From Guillardia theta CCMP2712 (lineage: Eukaryota; Protista; Cryptophyta): 64,000 nucleotides of DNA. The notes beneath the pieces are model-generated. The model saw only the letters and a program-made list of their open reading frames with translations. It did no database searches and was not told the DNA's origin. A program made the translations under genes and the position numbers. This document shows positions 52,501-64,000 of this stretch, one piece after another. Position 1 is the first letter of the stretch. Each line of letters begins with the position of its first letter. The stretch covers positions 4,273 through 68,272 of the forward strand of contig NW_005434654.1 of the NCBI RefSeq assembly GCF_000315625.1. Reading direction: 5' to 3'.

Positions 52501-54047
52501 TCCCTCCTCTCCGTACTGATAGACAAACAGAGTGAGAAAGTTGCTGCTGTCCGCGACTGAGACTTCGATCGCATCCCCCCACACCATTCGTCTGCTCGCT
52601 CTCATTCTTCTCGTTGTCCTTGCGAAGCTGTTTGAGGCACTGACTCTGATCAAGAACCAAACATCCTCTGCTACTTCACTGGCCAGGTCAAGTTGCATCT
52701 CGGAGATCTTCATCTCCCAGCTTTCCTGCAAAGACAACTTGGCTCGCAGCCTTCGGCTGTCCGTTCCAAAACAAGGAAAGTCAAACCAAGGATGAAGAAG
52801 CGAGGTTGGAGAAAGGAAAGAGGACATGACAGGGAGAGGAAGAAAAGAAGACAAAGGAAAGTCAACGATGACACGAATTACAGGATACAACAACACCTGA
52901 ATTCAGTCTTGGGTGTCACTGGCCTCCCTTGGGAGTTCATTGGGGAGTTGACAGGAGGAGCTGGAACAGCAGTATCTTCCGTTGAACTCTGGAAAGCCTT
53001 CCTCCCACCCCGTTCAGGAGAGGTGAAGGGAACTGTCTTCGTCTGCTCCTGGACAACTCTCTGGTATGAAACATTCTCATCCGATCGAGACTTTGGAATC
53101 TTGAACTCTATCTCCTTGAGTCCGTCTGCGACCAACCAAAGTCAAAGCTTGACAAGGGGGAGACTGTGCAGTCAGTGGGAAACCTTGCAGATAATTCTTG
53201 TTGAGAATCATAGCTAGTAAGCTCGAGCTAGAGATCGTTGGAATAGCTGTGTCGTCTGGATGCTTCGTCTTTGAGACAAGATCTGTTGCCATTCTCCGCC
53301 TGCATGCAAACAAGCAACACAAATGTTAACACCCCTTCCCGAAACGTCTTGTTAGCAACCTCTTCTCTCGCTCCAACGCTCGATTCACCAGAATCTTCTT
53401 GTTGTCTGAGTTCTCGTTGATTTGTCGCTCCCTCTCATCCAGGTACGACTGAACCGACGCTAGGTGATCTTTCTCTTGCTCCATAAGAGACTCTCTCGCT
53501 GCATTCTCCCTCTGCTGTATACGCCTGGCAACAGCGTCATCTCCATCTCCATCTCCATCTTCCTCTCCATCTCCATCTCCATCTCCAGGCAAGAGATTTG
53601 TACTTCTTCACCTTTGGCGTTCTTGCTCTTCCATCTCTATCGCAAGGGAGTGCGCTGCAAGACGTTCCTTGCGCTCCCTCATTTGAAGGAACGATATCTA
53701 CCACAGGGCATCAAGTAAGAGCTATTGTTCGATCGAGAGAGTACAAGCCACGTTACCTCATGCATTCTTCTCTTCTGCTCCTGATCTTCCGCAAGACGAG
53801 CAACCTCCTGCCTTGCCCACCTCTCCTTCTCTTCCTCTCGGTACGTCAAACTTTCCAGCGCCACTTCCTCTGCCCACCATGGAGCTTTGGAGTTCATGTT
53901 GGAATGATCAGGGCGACCGCGCCCTCTACTCGCAGCTGTCATGCTCATCCCCCCCTTCCCTTCTCCGCCTCCTCTCCTCGTCCCTCCCTTCCCTCCTCCT
54001 CCCACCAGCCCCTGAAGCGCCCATGCCGATAGCGGCACTGTAGCCAT
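49592..54047 (-). CDS. Large C2-domain protein, multi-exon; start uncertain
   Basis: AENLPSMDK|LGKCDPYVTI..KTKTVK..PIFRESFEF..LTVMDWN..DEVIG; second degenerate C2-like segment at ~52300-52700. Confidence 0.7.
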
Positions 54048-55130
54048 GATCCCGATTGGTCGCTGTTCGAATGGGTAGTAGTGGGGATGGGGTCACTGGG
54101 ATGACCGATTTGGGTATGAGGAGGGATGAGGGGTCAAGGGGCCTCGTGAAAGCTAGCTGATAAGGGGGTGGGAGGGTGACCTATAATTTTCACTCAAAAC
54201 AACAAATTCATAAAGTACCTACAAAATTAGTATCGATATATATGACTTATACTTATCATGGTAGTTTTTAGAAGGAAAGAGGGGGGTGGTACTGGAACTC
54301 GGATGGTAGGAGGGAAGTGGTGGCAGAGGATTAGGACGGGCAGGAGCGATGGCGGGCCAGCTCCTGGCTGCGAGGAGGAGGAGGAGGAGGATGAGGCGAG
54401 AACGGGACAGGCTGGCAGGATGACAGGGAAGGGATGAACAGTGTCCATGAGTAGCAGGAGGTGGAGAACAAGGAGAACGCTGAACCCTTGAAGTGGGATA
54501 TTGCCGAGCAGGCACTGCTGTGTGTCCTACCAGTTGGTGGATGAAGGAGCACGTCGTACAGCAGCTGGAGCTGACAGAGGAGAGGAGCCTGTAGTGGAGG
54601 GCAAGAGTTCTGCTCCTCGGAGGACAGGATGTCTGCCTCTCCTGCAGGTCTGACGGATGCTCCCGTGCGCTGCTGGGCGAGCTAACATGCGCGGAGCAGG
54701 TGCAAGCATGCTCTCCATCGCACCTTTCAAGATCTCGAAAGGCCTCAAGCGCTCATGTCGTCGAGAACGAGTCCACAACAGCTCGTGGTCGTACCTGAGC
54801 TCCTCCTCGCGTGAGAATCGTTGCTCTTCTCCTCCCCACTGTCCCTCACGCTGTTTCCAGCTTGGGTTCGAGCCAACCCCAGCTCGTCGCAGCATTCCTC
54901 GGCAAACCTGCTAAACAGAAACATCAGGAGCTACGAGACATCGCAAGCTGGGGATGGAGGCAGCAATCAACATAGAGGGTGCTCTGAAGCGAACGAGGCG
55001 AGCAAGAGGAAAGAGCCCGAAGACAGCTTCTCAGAGACGAGATCGCTGCAGCTTGACAAGTGAGGTGTTGTTGTGACACTGTTGTTCGCTCAAGCTCGTG
55101 CTCCGCAGGTGGTTGCGGCATATCATCACA

Positions 55131-58100
55131 ATGAGGAAGAAGAAAATGAGCATGAGAGAGAAATCAGGTGCTAACGTGAACGAGCCCTCAATGTCGCTGG
55201 ATGAGAAGCTGCTCAACATCTCGATGAACAAACACTCCGAGGATGAGATGAGAAGCAAGAAGGAAGAGATTGAGAGATCTATCGTGGATCATTACAACGG
55301 CCGCTCTCCGTTCAGCAATCACCTCACCAGCTATGACACTGAGACCCTGCACGCTATCGACGAAGTGAATGGCCACGTCTCCTTTGTCTTGAACTTGTAC
55401 CCGGGGGGTTTCTCCCTCCATAGCCCGACTGACAATGAGATGCTGGCGGCTCCTCGAGCGTATGATCCCTCTTCCAAGAAGTTTCTGCAAAGTTTGGATC
55501 GAGGTATGCTTCCACTGGACCTTTTGAAGGATCTGCAAGGCAACGTGGACTTCAAGTATGAACAGGGTTGTATCGTGGTGGAGGTGAGAGATTATCGCCA
55601 GCCTCGTCAGTATGACCTCCGTCCGAGCACTCATCGAATGATTCTGCGACCCGATGCAAGCTCACTCCAACAAGACTTGAACCAGATCTGGCAGATTCAT
55701 GCGAACCTGTCGATGGAAGACATCCTAATCCTGGAGAAGCTCTTGCTAGTCACAACGAAACCAACTCTCTGCTTGGACCCCAGCCCATCAGTTCAAGTGG
55801 TAGCAAATTACATGAATAGAAAATCCAGCAGGCTCCAAGTTTGGCACCAGAGGCCGCCAAGACCGGTACGATCCGAGTTCCGACAGGAGTTCGACGCTGC
55901 TGTGCTCAAACGAGCCCATGCTTCTGCACATCTCTTCAATCGAGACACTCAGTCGATGGAGAGGTCAACTCTTTGTGATTTTAACCGTGCGGAACCTGAA
56001 GCATGTTGCTCCAGGTTAGAAAAGTATGCTCACCGTCGAATAGTCCGAGACAGGGAGAAGTTTCTTCTTGCTCCTGCCTCGCGGTATGAAGGTGTTGCTC
56101 GTTGGAGGTGTCGACTGACTGTGAGTTGTGAAGGGATAGTTTGTTTGCATCTCAAGCGATGAAAGAGCCTCTTGACGAGCCAGACGACAAGATCGTCGGG
56201 GGTGTTGTCCAGGAAACGTTACATGGAATGGCGAAGATCCTGCGGCATTTGAAACCGCGAGCAGCTCAGGAAGATAACGAAGCGCATAGGGAGAAGGCGA
56301 TCCTATCAAGGTGGTCGAGGAGCCTTGTCGCAGTGTCTTAGACTGACAATCATCACTTCAGGATCAAAGCTTCTTTGGCATCGTCGTCCAACGAAGTTGA
56401 TTCGAACGGAGGTGATGGAGGCGTGTGGGACATGGAAACTGTGTGACGTGTCTTGCACAGATGATTCGTCAGCCGACAACTCTCAAGACAGCGCGGCAGC
56501 AAACAGACTCATCATTCCCTCTCAGCCCCGAGGAGGATTGCCGCCTGAGCGACAGGTGCGGGAAAAGCAGAGGCAGTTTCTGGAAGCGCTCATAATGTAT
56601 CTTCAGATGCGCTTCAAGAAGAATCGACAACTCGCTACCATCTGGATCCAACTACGTGCTGCATCTTCTTACCATGGTTATCACTTGAAGCGATGATGTG
56701 TGCGATGCCTGAATCACTTGCAGTGATGATGAGGATCGATGATATTGGACCGGATGGCAAGGCCGTAGAAGGATCTCAAGCTGTCGTACACCCTCTCATA
56801 ATCGGGAATGGTCGATTGGCGCAGCTGTATGGATCTCAACAAGTGAGGAAAAGGCTTGAGATAGGACGACCATGACAGTGATGGTGCAGGTCATGATCAT
56901 GCAGCGAGAGGGTTGGACTTGCACGTTCGATTCTCACCAGGTCAGTTTCTGTTGTGCTCACTGCTCAAGGTTAAAACGAGCTGTCAAGATTCTAGCCAAG
57001 AGAGGAGCAGCTCAAGCCAACGGCACCGGCAACAGCGCGTCATCGAGGTTCCGCTTTACCCCTTCGTGATGGAGACGGCGTCTGAACTCTCTGCTCAGCT
57101 CGCACAAGGACGGGGACGTCAAAGTCGACCCTTCCTCGCTTGTCAGGCAGTCGCTCTCGCAGCCAGCCAGCAGCCAGCAACCGAGCACTGTCAAGACTGT
57201 TCAGCCTACGAGCTCCTCAGCTCCTCCCCCTGGAGGCTCAGCAGGAGCACAGCATCGACCGGTGAGATCGTTCCCCCTCGCACTCCAGAGCTCATGAAGC
57301 TGTCCCAGCAGACAGTTCCAGCACAGTCTCCAGCTCCAGCGCAGTCGGCTCCCATGCAGGCGATGCGAAAGGTTTGCCTGCTGCTTGAGACTCGCAGGGT
57401 CGGGTGATGGCAGTCGCAGACCGGAGGCCCAACCTCCTACTCCGTTGGACGTGGACACATGATGGGGATGGGAAATGTGCAGGTGAGGAGAGTCGGTTCT
57501 GGCTTTCCAGTGAAAGGGAAGGGGGAGGGTAGTTGAGGAGGAGCAGGAGCAGGAGGACGCTGGAAGATTCTGACTATGACGAAGGCTGGACAAGGCGGCA
57601 TGCTTCATCAACATCCACAACCTGTTCCGAGCTCGCAGGCAGTGGCGCATCGAGGATACGGAGTCCCTCAGGTGACTGACTGACGACTCGAGGTCGAACT
57701 CTCCTCACTCCTCTTGCTCGCAGCATTCGATGCATCCGCATCCTCACTCTCATCAGCCTCCTCAGGTGATGCTTGCACTCCCTTCCCCTCCCTCACTCCC
57801 TCCTCTCCCTCTCCACTCTCACTCTTCCCTCACCTACTCNNNNNNNNNNNNNNNNNNNNNNNNNNNNNNNNNNNNNNNNNNNNNNNNNNNNNNNNNNNNN
57901 NNNNNNNNNNNNNNNNNNNNNNNNNNNNNNNNNNNNNNNCCCTCCCTCCCTCCCTCCCTCCCTCTCCCTCCCTCCCTCCCTCCCTCCCTCCCTCCCTCCC
58001 TCCCTCCCTCCCTCCCTCCCTCCATTACCCTCCCTCCCTCTTTCCCTCTCCCTCCCTCCCTCCCTCCCTCCCTCCCTCTCCCTCCTTTTCTCTCCTCCTT

Positions 58101-58766
58101 CCCTCCCTCCTCACTTCTCCTTGCAGGGCATGCCTGCCGGTCATCCGCAACCAGCTCGGAGCTACGGGCAAGCAGGTGAGCTCGTCGAGGCATCAGCTAC
58201 TGGGTTGACTCCTACTGTGCAGGACAACTTGGACGAGGAAACGTGCCTGTCCCAGGGAGACAAACTGGACCCCACGGCGTTCCTGGTGCTTGCTGCTGGC
58301 ACCTGAGCGCGATGTCCTGACTCTGCTAGCAGGCGCCACCATGGTTGCTGTGTCGGGAGGCTGTCTGCCTCATCAGATCTACCAGCAGCAGCACATGATG
58401 GCCCGGCCTCCTCCACAGCAGGTGCATGACGAATGGAGGAGAATGAAAGAGCTGCTGGAGGGGAGAGGGCAAGGGAGGATGAGCGAGGAGGATGAACGAG
58501 CAGGACAAGAGAAGGGGACACGAGAGGGGACCAAGGATGGGAGCGGATAGGAGCGAGAAGGATAGGAGCGAGACGAGGAAGAGGAGGATGAAGAGGAGGG
58601 TGGAAAGGTGCGTGTCTTGTTTGACATGATGTGGCAGATGGGGGGGATGGGAAGTTATGCTGGGATGGCATGCGCTCCTCCTCAGAACAAGGTTGTGCCT
58701 TCCAAGTCAGCTCCTCCTCAGCTCCCTCATCACATGCCCAACAACCAGCAGAATCCCAACGGATGA
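55131..58766 (+). CDS. SPT20: SAGA subunit SPT20-domain protein with Q/P-rich tail, multi-exon
   Basis: SFVLNLYPGGF..YD..FLQSLDRGMLP..YEQGCIVVEVRDYR..ILRP..LCLDPSPSV. Confidence 0.88.
57840..57939. other. Assembly gap (100 N) next to a (CCCT)n tract in an SPT20 intron
   Basis: Run of N. Confidence 0.99.
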
Positions 58767-61700
58767 GCAGATGCTGGGCTGAAGGGCATCGGGTGGAGAT
58801 GCAGCTCGAAAAGGGCACCACACACATCAAACTCTAGTCTACTTGTTATTTTTTCAATTTTTTCTCTTTGGTGGTGGAAGATCGAGATCGGACTGATCTC
58901 GTTGCTGGATGGGGTTCGAGTTGGTTGTATTGTTTTTCTTCCCATACTTCTCCCCACAAAAGGAAATTTTATTGTGCTGGGAGATACGCTTTGCAAGTGA
59001 AATGACGTAAATTTGGATAACAGTAAATCAACATCTTACGATCTCTGATATCCACAACCTTTCCTCCATTGCTCTCAACATCTCTACAGCCAATTATCCT
59101 TCATGCCTTTTCTTCACTGCTGATACTGAGACCCTCACTTGTAGAAAGGCGAGTTAGAAAAGCTTCCTGCGTTCTGGTTCTCCGTGCTACAGGGGTCCAG
59201 AGTTACCTGCGGCCTGATCAGTGTGTGAGGAGAGCTTTGGATCACGTACAAGGGAAGGGGTTGGGTTGTAGCAGAGCTGAGCAAACTGCTCGATGTGCTC
59301 CCAGTTCTGACACACGTCGTTATCATCACATCTGCCTGTCCTCCAACCGTCTCACCTCCTCCGGGCCGATGTAAGGGCCATCAAGAAGCTTCGTGGTCTG
59401 CAGACGGGCGAGTAGCTGCAACAGAAGAAGCGCAGCAGAGCAAACACAACAAACACAGACGTCAGCAGCGAAACGTGCAAGAACTTCGAGGAAAGACCTG
59501 AAACTGAACGACAAGTCAGTCACTATGAAAGTGCTTGTTCATGAAAAGCACATTCCACATCTTAGGAATGTTATCATGGGTAATATAAACTTCTGAGATG
59601 CAACAGTCGCATACTAGCCAGGCCCATGAGATGCACAATGACAGAACAAGGAATGAAAATGTTGCTGATGACTGGGTATCTGACAGCCAAATGTTTTCAC
59701 AATGCAAACAAACAGCATTGTTTTGATCTCAACACAAGCTCTTTTATCCGAGGCGTCTATCCCTTCTACCACACCCTACCCTTCTACCACACCCATCGCT
59801 CTCGAATCATGCCATCTGCTCTACCTTGCCTCCTCCCCATTCCAACGTTTCACATCGCTTCAACTCCTTTCGACCATAATCTCGGTCTTGCGATGGCTTC
59901 CCGATCTAGGTTTCTCCTATCCCATCTTTCCTGCCCCCCTCTCCCTCTGTACGCCATCCCTGTCGATGTTCGTAATCGATGGTGAATCATGATGATTATC
60001 AGAAATTCAGACTACAACATCATCAACACATCATTCAACGTCAAACTGTCTGACTGCATAACAACAGGACACATGTGGCAGGATCAGGCTCAAGAGGCGA
60101 GCAAGTTTGTGATCGTACCATAACTTCCGTATTTCCCCCCCCCCCTTTCTCCTCTCTTCCCGGTCCTTTGCTCATGGCCTCTCCGCGCTCGTTCTTTCCC
60201 TCCCTCTCTCACAGTCTCGCCATTTTCTCCTTCTTCGCTAGCGGTTCGGGCAACGAGGCTCACCATGTGACGGCGGTAGGGTCTGAGTCTATTTCCGGTT
60301 GCCAGCCTGGATCGGAAGATTATAATACCGTTACATCCGTTATTATATTGAAGCTTCCCCCGGGCCCGGCCGGCACTCGCTCCGAGTGGCACTCCAGTGA
60401 TTGTGTGACTGAGTTTCGAGATGATGTCGCGATGAGACCGTAGGATACAGCAATGGAAGGCGGGAGAAAGCGAAGATGGAAAGCGCTCGGAAAGAAGCAT
60501 GAAACAGTGAAGACATGATCTCCTGAGCAAGAGCAGATGGATGGACGAGGCACAGCGAACGCTAATGCAGCCGATTGATCAAAGCAATTGGATCAAGAAA
60601 GACCATCGATATATGAATTGAGTAATGCCGCAATGACGCGAACCTACGGAGGGTATGCTACTATATTCGGCATGAATCATCTCTCCATAACAATGCGAAC
60701 ACTTCCTCTGCTCATGGTGGGTTGTTGTTGTCTGGGAGAGAGAAGCTCTATCTCTGTTCGCAAGTACCTGCAGGAGGTTACTTGCAAGACGTTCCTCGTT
60801 GACCATGTGCGGGGTGGTGCTGATAATCCAACCGTACATGCAACAAGACAAGGGAGAGAGAAACGGAATGCTGAGAAACTGAACAAGAAAAGAAGGAAGA
60901 CCATCCTGCAGAAGGTATCAGATGTAACAGCGAGAAACAGTGTATTGAAGCAACATGTAGCGAAAACTCCAATCGCAACTCACACAAGAAAAGCAGGTAA
61001 CCCGATTGTGCAGAATTTGCAGATGATATGTGCATAAGCTTCTATTTGTTTGCCGTTGCAGCACGAGCATCATTCCAGGCATCCGTTGGAGACTCTGTTC
61101 GAAATGTTTGTGAGAGAACAAGTTCTGCTTTTGCGCGGTGTTGAAAGGATCTATTGCAGAAGGAAGATCCAAGATTCGGAGAGCCGATGCCAAGAAACAT
61201 TGACAGTATCCTCACTGAAATCTGTTTTCGGGCAGAATGACTTTATTTCAAATCAACAGTGTTGGAGGAACAGCAAGAACTGCTCGAATTGAGAGACAAC
61301 ATCTGTTGTCCACTTGCTGTTGGAGAAATCTTGAACGACCTGTTGTGGTATCATGCAACAGAATTGAGATGGAATCTCAAGCTCAGAGTTTCTCAGCACC
61401 ATCGAGGACTGTTCAACTTATCCCATATTCAAGCGCGGAGCTCGAGTGGTGAAAGCTTATACTCGGCTTGTTCGTTGTCTCAAATTTTCTCAGGTGATGG
61501 GCTTGATGGGCTCTAAGCAACTGGACCTTGTTGTGTATGAAGTTTAGACGCAACTGTATGTGCTTGCATATTGACTGGCATCTCACAGAGCCGCCAAAGA
61601 TGTTGGAGAAAAAGGCGCGAAAACGGTCAGATACTCTCACACTCTCGTCCTTGTTGTTTGGGTGGCTCATGTCGGATTCAGATTCTGAATGAGCTGCCAA

Positions 61701-62060
61701 AACAATGTAAGACACACAACGTTCCTCTCGTTTGGGTTGAAAAGTCCGAGGTTGATGCTGCAAGTCAAAGATCCAAAAGCTGATGATGATGATGAAGGAC
61801 ATTGCGAAAGCTTGCGGTTCCAAGAAGCCTGTGGCTTGCATCGGGGTTTGATGTCTCTGTCAAGCGGAATGAGCAATGATTGGTTCACAGTTAGTCGGCT
61901 CTGAAGGAACACAGTTTCTTGGAGCAATCCGGTCCATCGTCTCGAGAGTGTTCAACGGTGAAACAACACTACGCGAGTTTACTTCAACTGTTAAAAGATT
62001 AAACCCAGCTAAGCAATAGATACAACACAGCTGTAAGCTCAGTTCTCTCTACTGTAGTCG

Positions 62061-63209
62061 TCAACTCCCCGATGTCCGAATCGGCTTTGCACTGAGAATT
62101 GAGGGATCCCTTACGCTATGAGTGTCTTGGCAGCATTCATACACCAGCGCTGAAAAAAGCATCCTTATCTTGTGTTTCTGATCCTTCCTTCCATGGATCT
62201 CATGGATGGCCGATTCGAGACTCTCACAAACATCTTTCTCCAGCTGCTGACTGGGCACGTCGTTGTCACCCATCATCACACCATACTGGTATACAAGAGC
62301 CCCGTTCTCTTTCTTCTTCTGCTCTGCTGCCGCAGCATACAACAGAAGTTCTTCCCCCTCGTTGATACTCCTCTTGGACACGACGACAAGAGCGTCTCCA
62401 TCATCCACCAGCTTCAGCTCTACATTCGCTGCTTCTTTTGATCCACAGAAATTGATCATGTCGATGATCGGCACCAGCGCAATCGTTTCTTCGCTGGTGC
62501 CACCTTTCTCAGCAGGCAGAACAATCCTCATTCTCCTAGAAAGCTGAAGGATGAAAGCATGCAAGAATTCGGGCCAATCAAAATCTCCCTCCCAGTCGAA
62601 CGAAGATGATGCAGAATCTCCATTCTTGTGCTTGAGCCATGCGTCTCGCAGAACCGTCCTCTTCTTCCTTATGGCACTCACGTACGGTATGTCACTGAAC
62701 AACACCAAGTCCTCGTTCGAGGCATAGAAAGGATGCAGACCATCAAGTTCTTCTCTTCCGGGAAGTGCCTGCAAGTATCTCTCATACTGACCGTCACTGC
62801 CTAGTTGGAACTGCTTCGCAATCTCTGCAGCAAGGGTTACCTCCTGCTGTTCAAGACCTGCCTTCTTGCCCGGCGCTAGGAACAAGCTTCTTGGAACCCG
62901 CAGAAGCTCTTGTCCCCTGCGGATCGAGCTAGACGCCCCGACCCCTCTCACTTTCTCTCCTCCGTGATCGAACTGCCGGATTGCGATGGACTCGGCTTGT
63001 CCTCCGTTCCTCTGCAGCCATTCCAAGAGTTGATCGGATTCCAGTCGAATCTCTTCCTTCTTATCCATCCTTCTTCTGATGATCCTTTGCCGCACTTTGC
63101 CAGAAAACAGTACAAGAAGAGTAAGGAGGATGAGGAGGAGAAGAACGGCCGTTCTCCTCCTCCTGTGCCCCCTCAACGCGTCCTCTACCACCTCCTTTAC
63201 ACAGTTCAT
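62061..63209 (-). CDS. SET-domain protein (Rubisco-LSMT/SETD3-like) with N-terminal transmembrane anchor, intronless
   Basis: LLEWLQRNGG, RGVGASSSIRRGQELLRVP, YLQALP, ALVPIIDMINF, INEGEELLLY, QYG. Confidence 0.8.
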   Translation of the reverse strand: MNCVKEVVEDALRGHRRRRTAVLLLLILLTLLVLFSGKVRQRIIRRRMDKKEEIRLESDQLLEWLQRNGGQAESIAIRQFDHGGEKVRGVGASSSIRRGQELLRVPRSLFLAPGKKAGLEQQEVTLAAEIAKQFQLGSDGQYERYLQALPGREELDGLHPFYASNEDLVLFSDIPYVSAIRKKRTVLRDAWLKHKNGDSASSSFDWEGDFDWPEFLHAFILQLSRRMRIVLPAEKGGTSEETIALVPIIDMINFCGSKEAANVELKLVDDGDALVVVSKRSINEGEELLLYAAAAEQKKKENGALVYQYGVMMGDNDVPSQQLEKDVCESLESAIHEIHGRKDQKHKIRMLFSALVYECCQDTHSVRDPSILSAKPIRTSGS

Positions 63210-64000
63210 CGCTCCATTCCGCCGCTGCAAATCTACCCCTACCCCTACCCCTACCCCTACCCTTTTCCTACCCCCTTCTTCTACTCGATGTTGTACCAGA
63301 AATACCCCACCTCTCTCCCCAACTGCACTGTCGGAAGTTTGTTAGGCCGGCCAAGTAAAACATGTCGGACGCGGCCCGGGCCGGCCGGGCCCGGCGGGCC
63401 GGCACACTGTCGCTATATCCGATGATCGCCGCCCGCGGCCGTACTACGGTACGGTCGGACTGAGGCCGCCGGGCCGGCCAGGCCGCCGCCCGGCCCGGCC
63501 CGACCCGGTGACCGGGCCTCTGGCCAGTCCCGGACGCCGGGTCCAGCCTCAGTGGCAGCCGCCGGTAGGCTACCGTAGTACTACGGTACCAGCTGAGCGT
63601 CACCGGAGTCCAGGCTCCTGATCAAGTTGTCCTGGAATTTTCAACTTGACTTAACTTTGAGAAGATCACTCCGTCACTGAGCTTAGTACGGTCGGACTCC
63701 GCCCCGCCGTTCCGACTCAGTCACGCCGCGGCGCCATCACTGTGCCACGCCGTGACGTTGGTGGCATAGCCCGGCCCGGCCGGGCCCGGAATGCCATTCG
63801 GCGATGATCAGCCTGCCACACTATAAGTAGGCTGGCCGGCCGGTACCGGCCTTATGTGTGTTAGAAGGATAAGCCTACCCCTGTTTTCTAGGTTCTTTTC
63901 AACGGCAGTTGGAAGGTAGGGTCATTACAAGTGATTTCGAAGCTTGAGATTCAAAATCTTGAATGTAAAACAAAGTTTTAAGATCATCCTGATAAAAAGG

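Noticed and set aside
54527-54895. 122-aa minus-strand ORF
   Set aside because: No recognisable motif; cannot tell a gene from a UTR or upstream exon
59070-61950. Fragmentary ORFs, including a B-box-like CLPLQHEHHSRH and small minus-strand ORFs
   Set aside because: Probably spliced genes, but no defensible model or family could be built by eye

Overview
Gene-dense eukaryotic nuclear DNA with many ~45-50 nt introns and others expanded by microsatellites. A signal peptide + AxAF plastid leader points to a red-secondary-plastid alga, probably a cryptophyte such as Guillardia theta (inference). Recognisable genes: HACD/PTPLA dehydratase apparently spliced onto an extra C-terminal domain, plastid PDH E2, RPL3, a RanBP2-ZnF protein, an ARMET/MANF-C-like protein, P5A ATPase, Mpv17/PMP22, an FN3+LysM secreted protein, two inverted near-identical Zn2Cys6 factors, a RING-H2 E3, JMJD6, PRELI-like, C2-domain, SPT20 and a membrane-anchored SET protein. 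The most notable structure is a head-to-tail dimer of a 2592-bp AT-rich element (11136-16324). It carries a broken Crypton-like tyrosine-recombinase gene, is delimited by three AATTG direct repeats, and its internal junction looks like a circle-junction att site. Exon boundaries were read by eye and family calls come from motif recognition; no searches were run.
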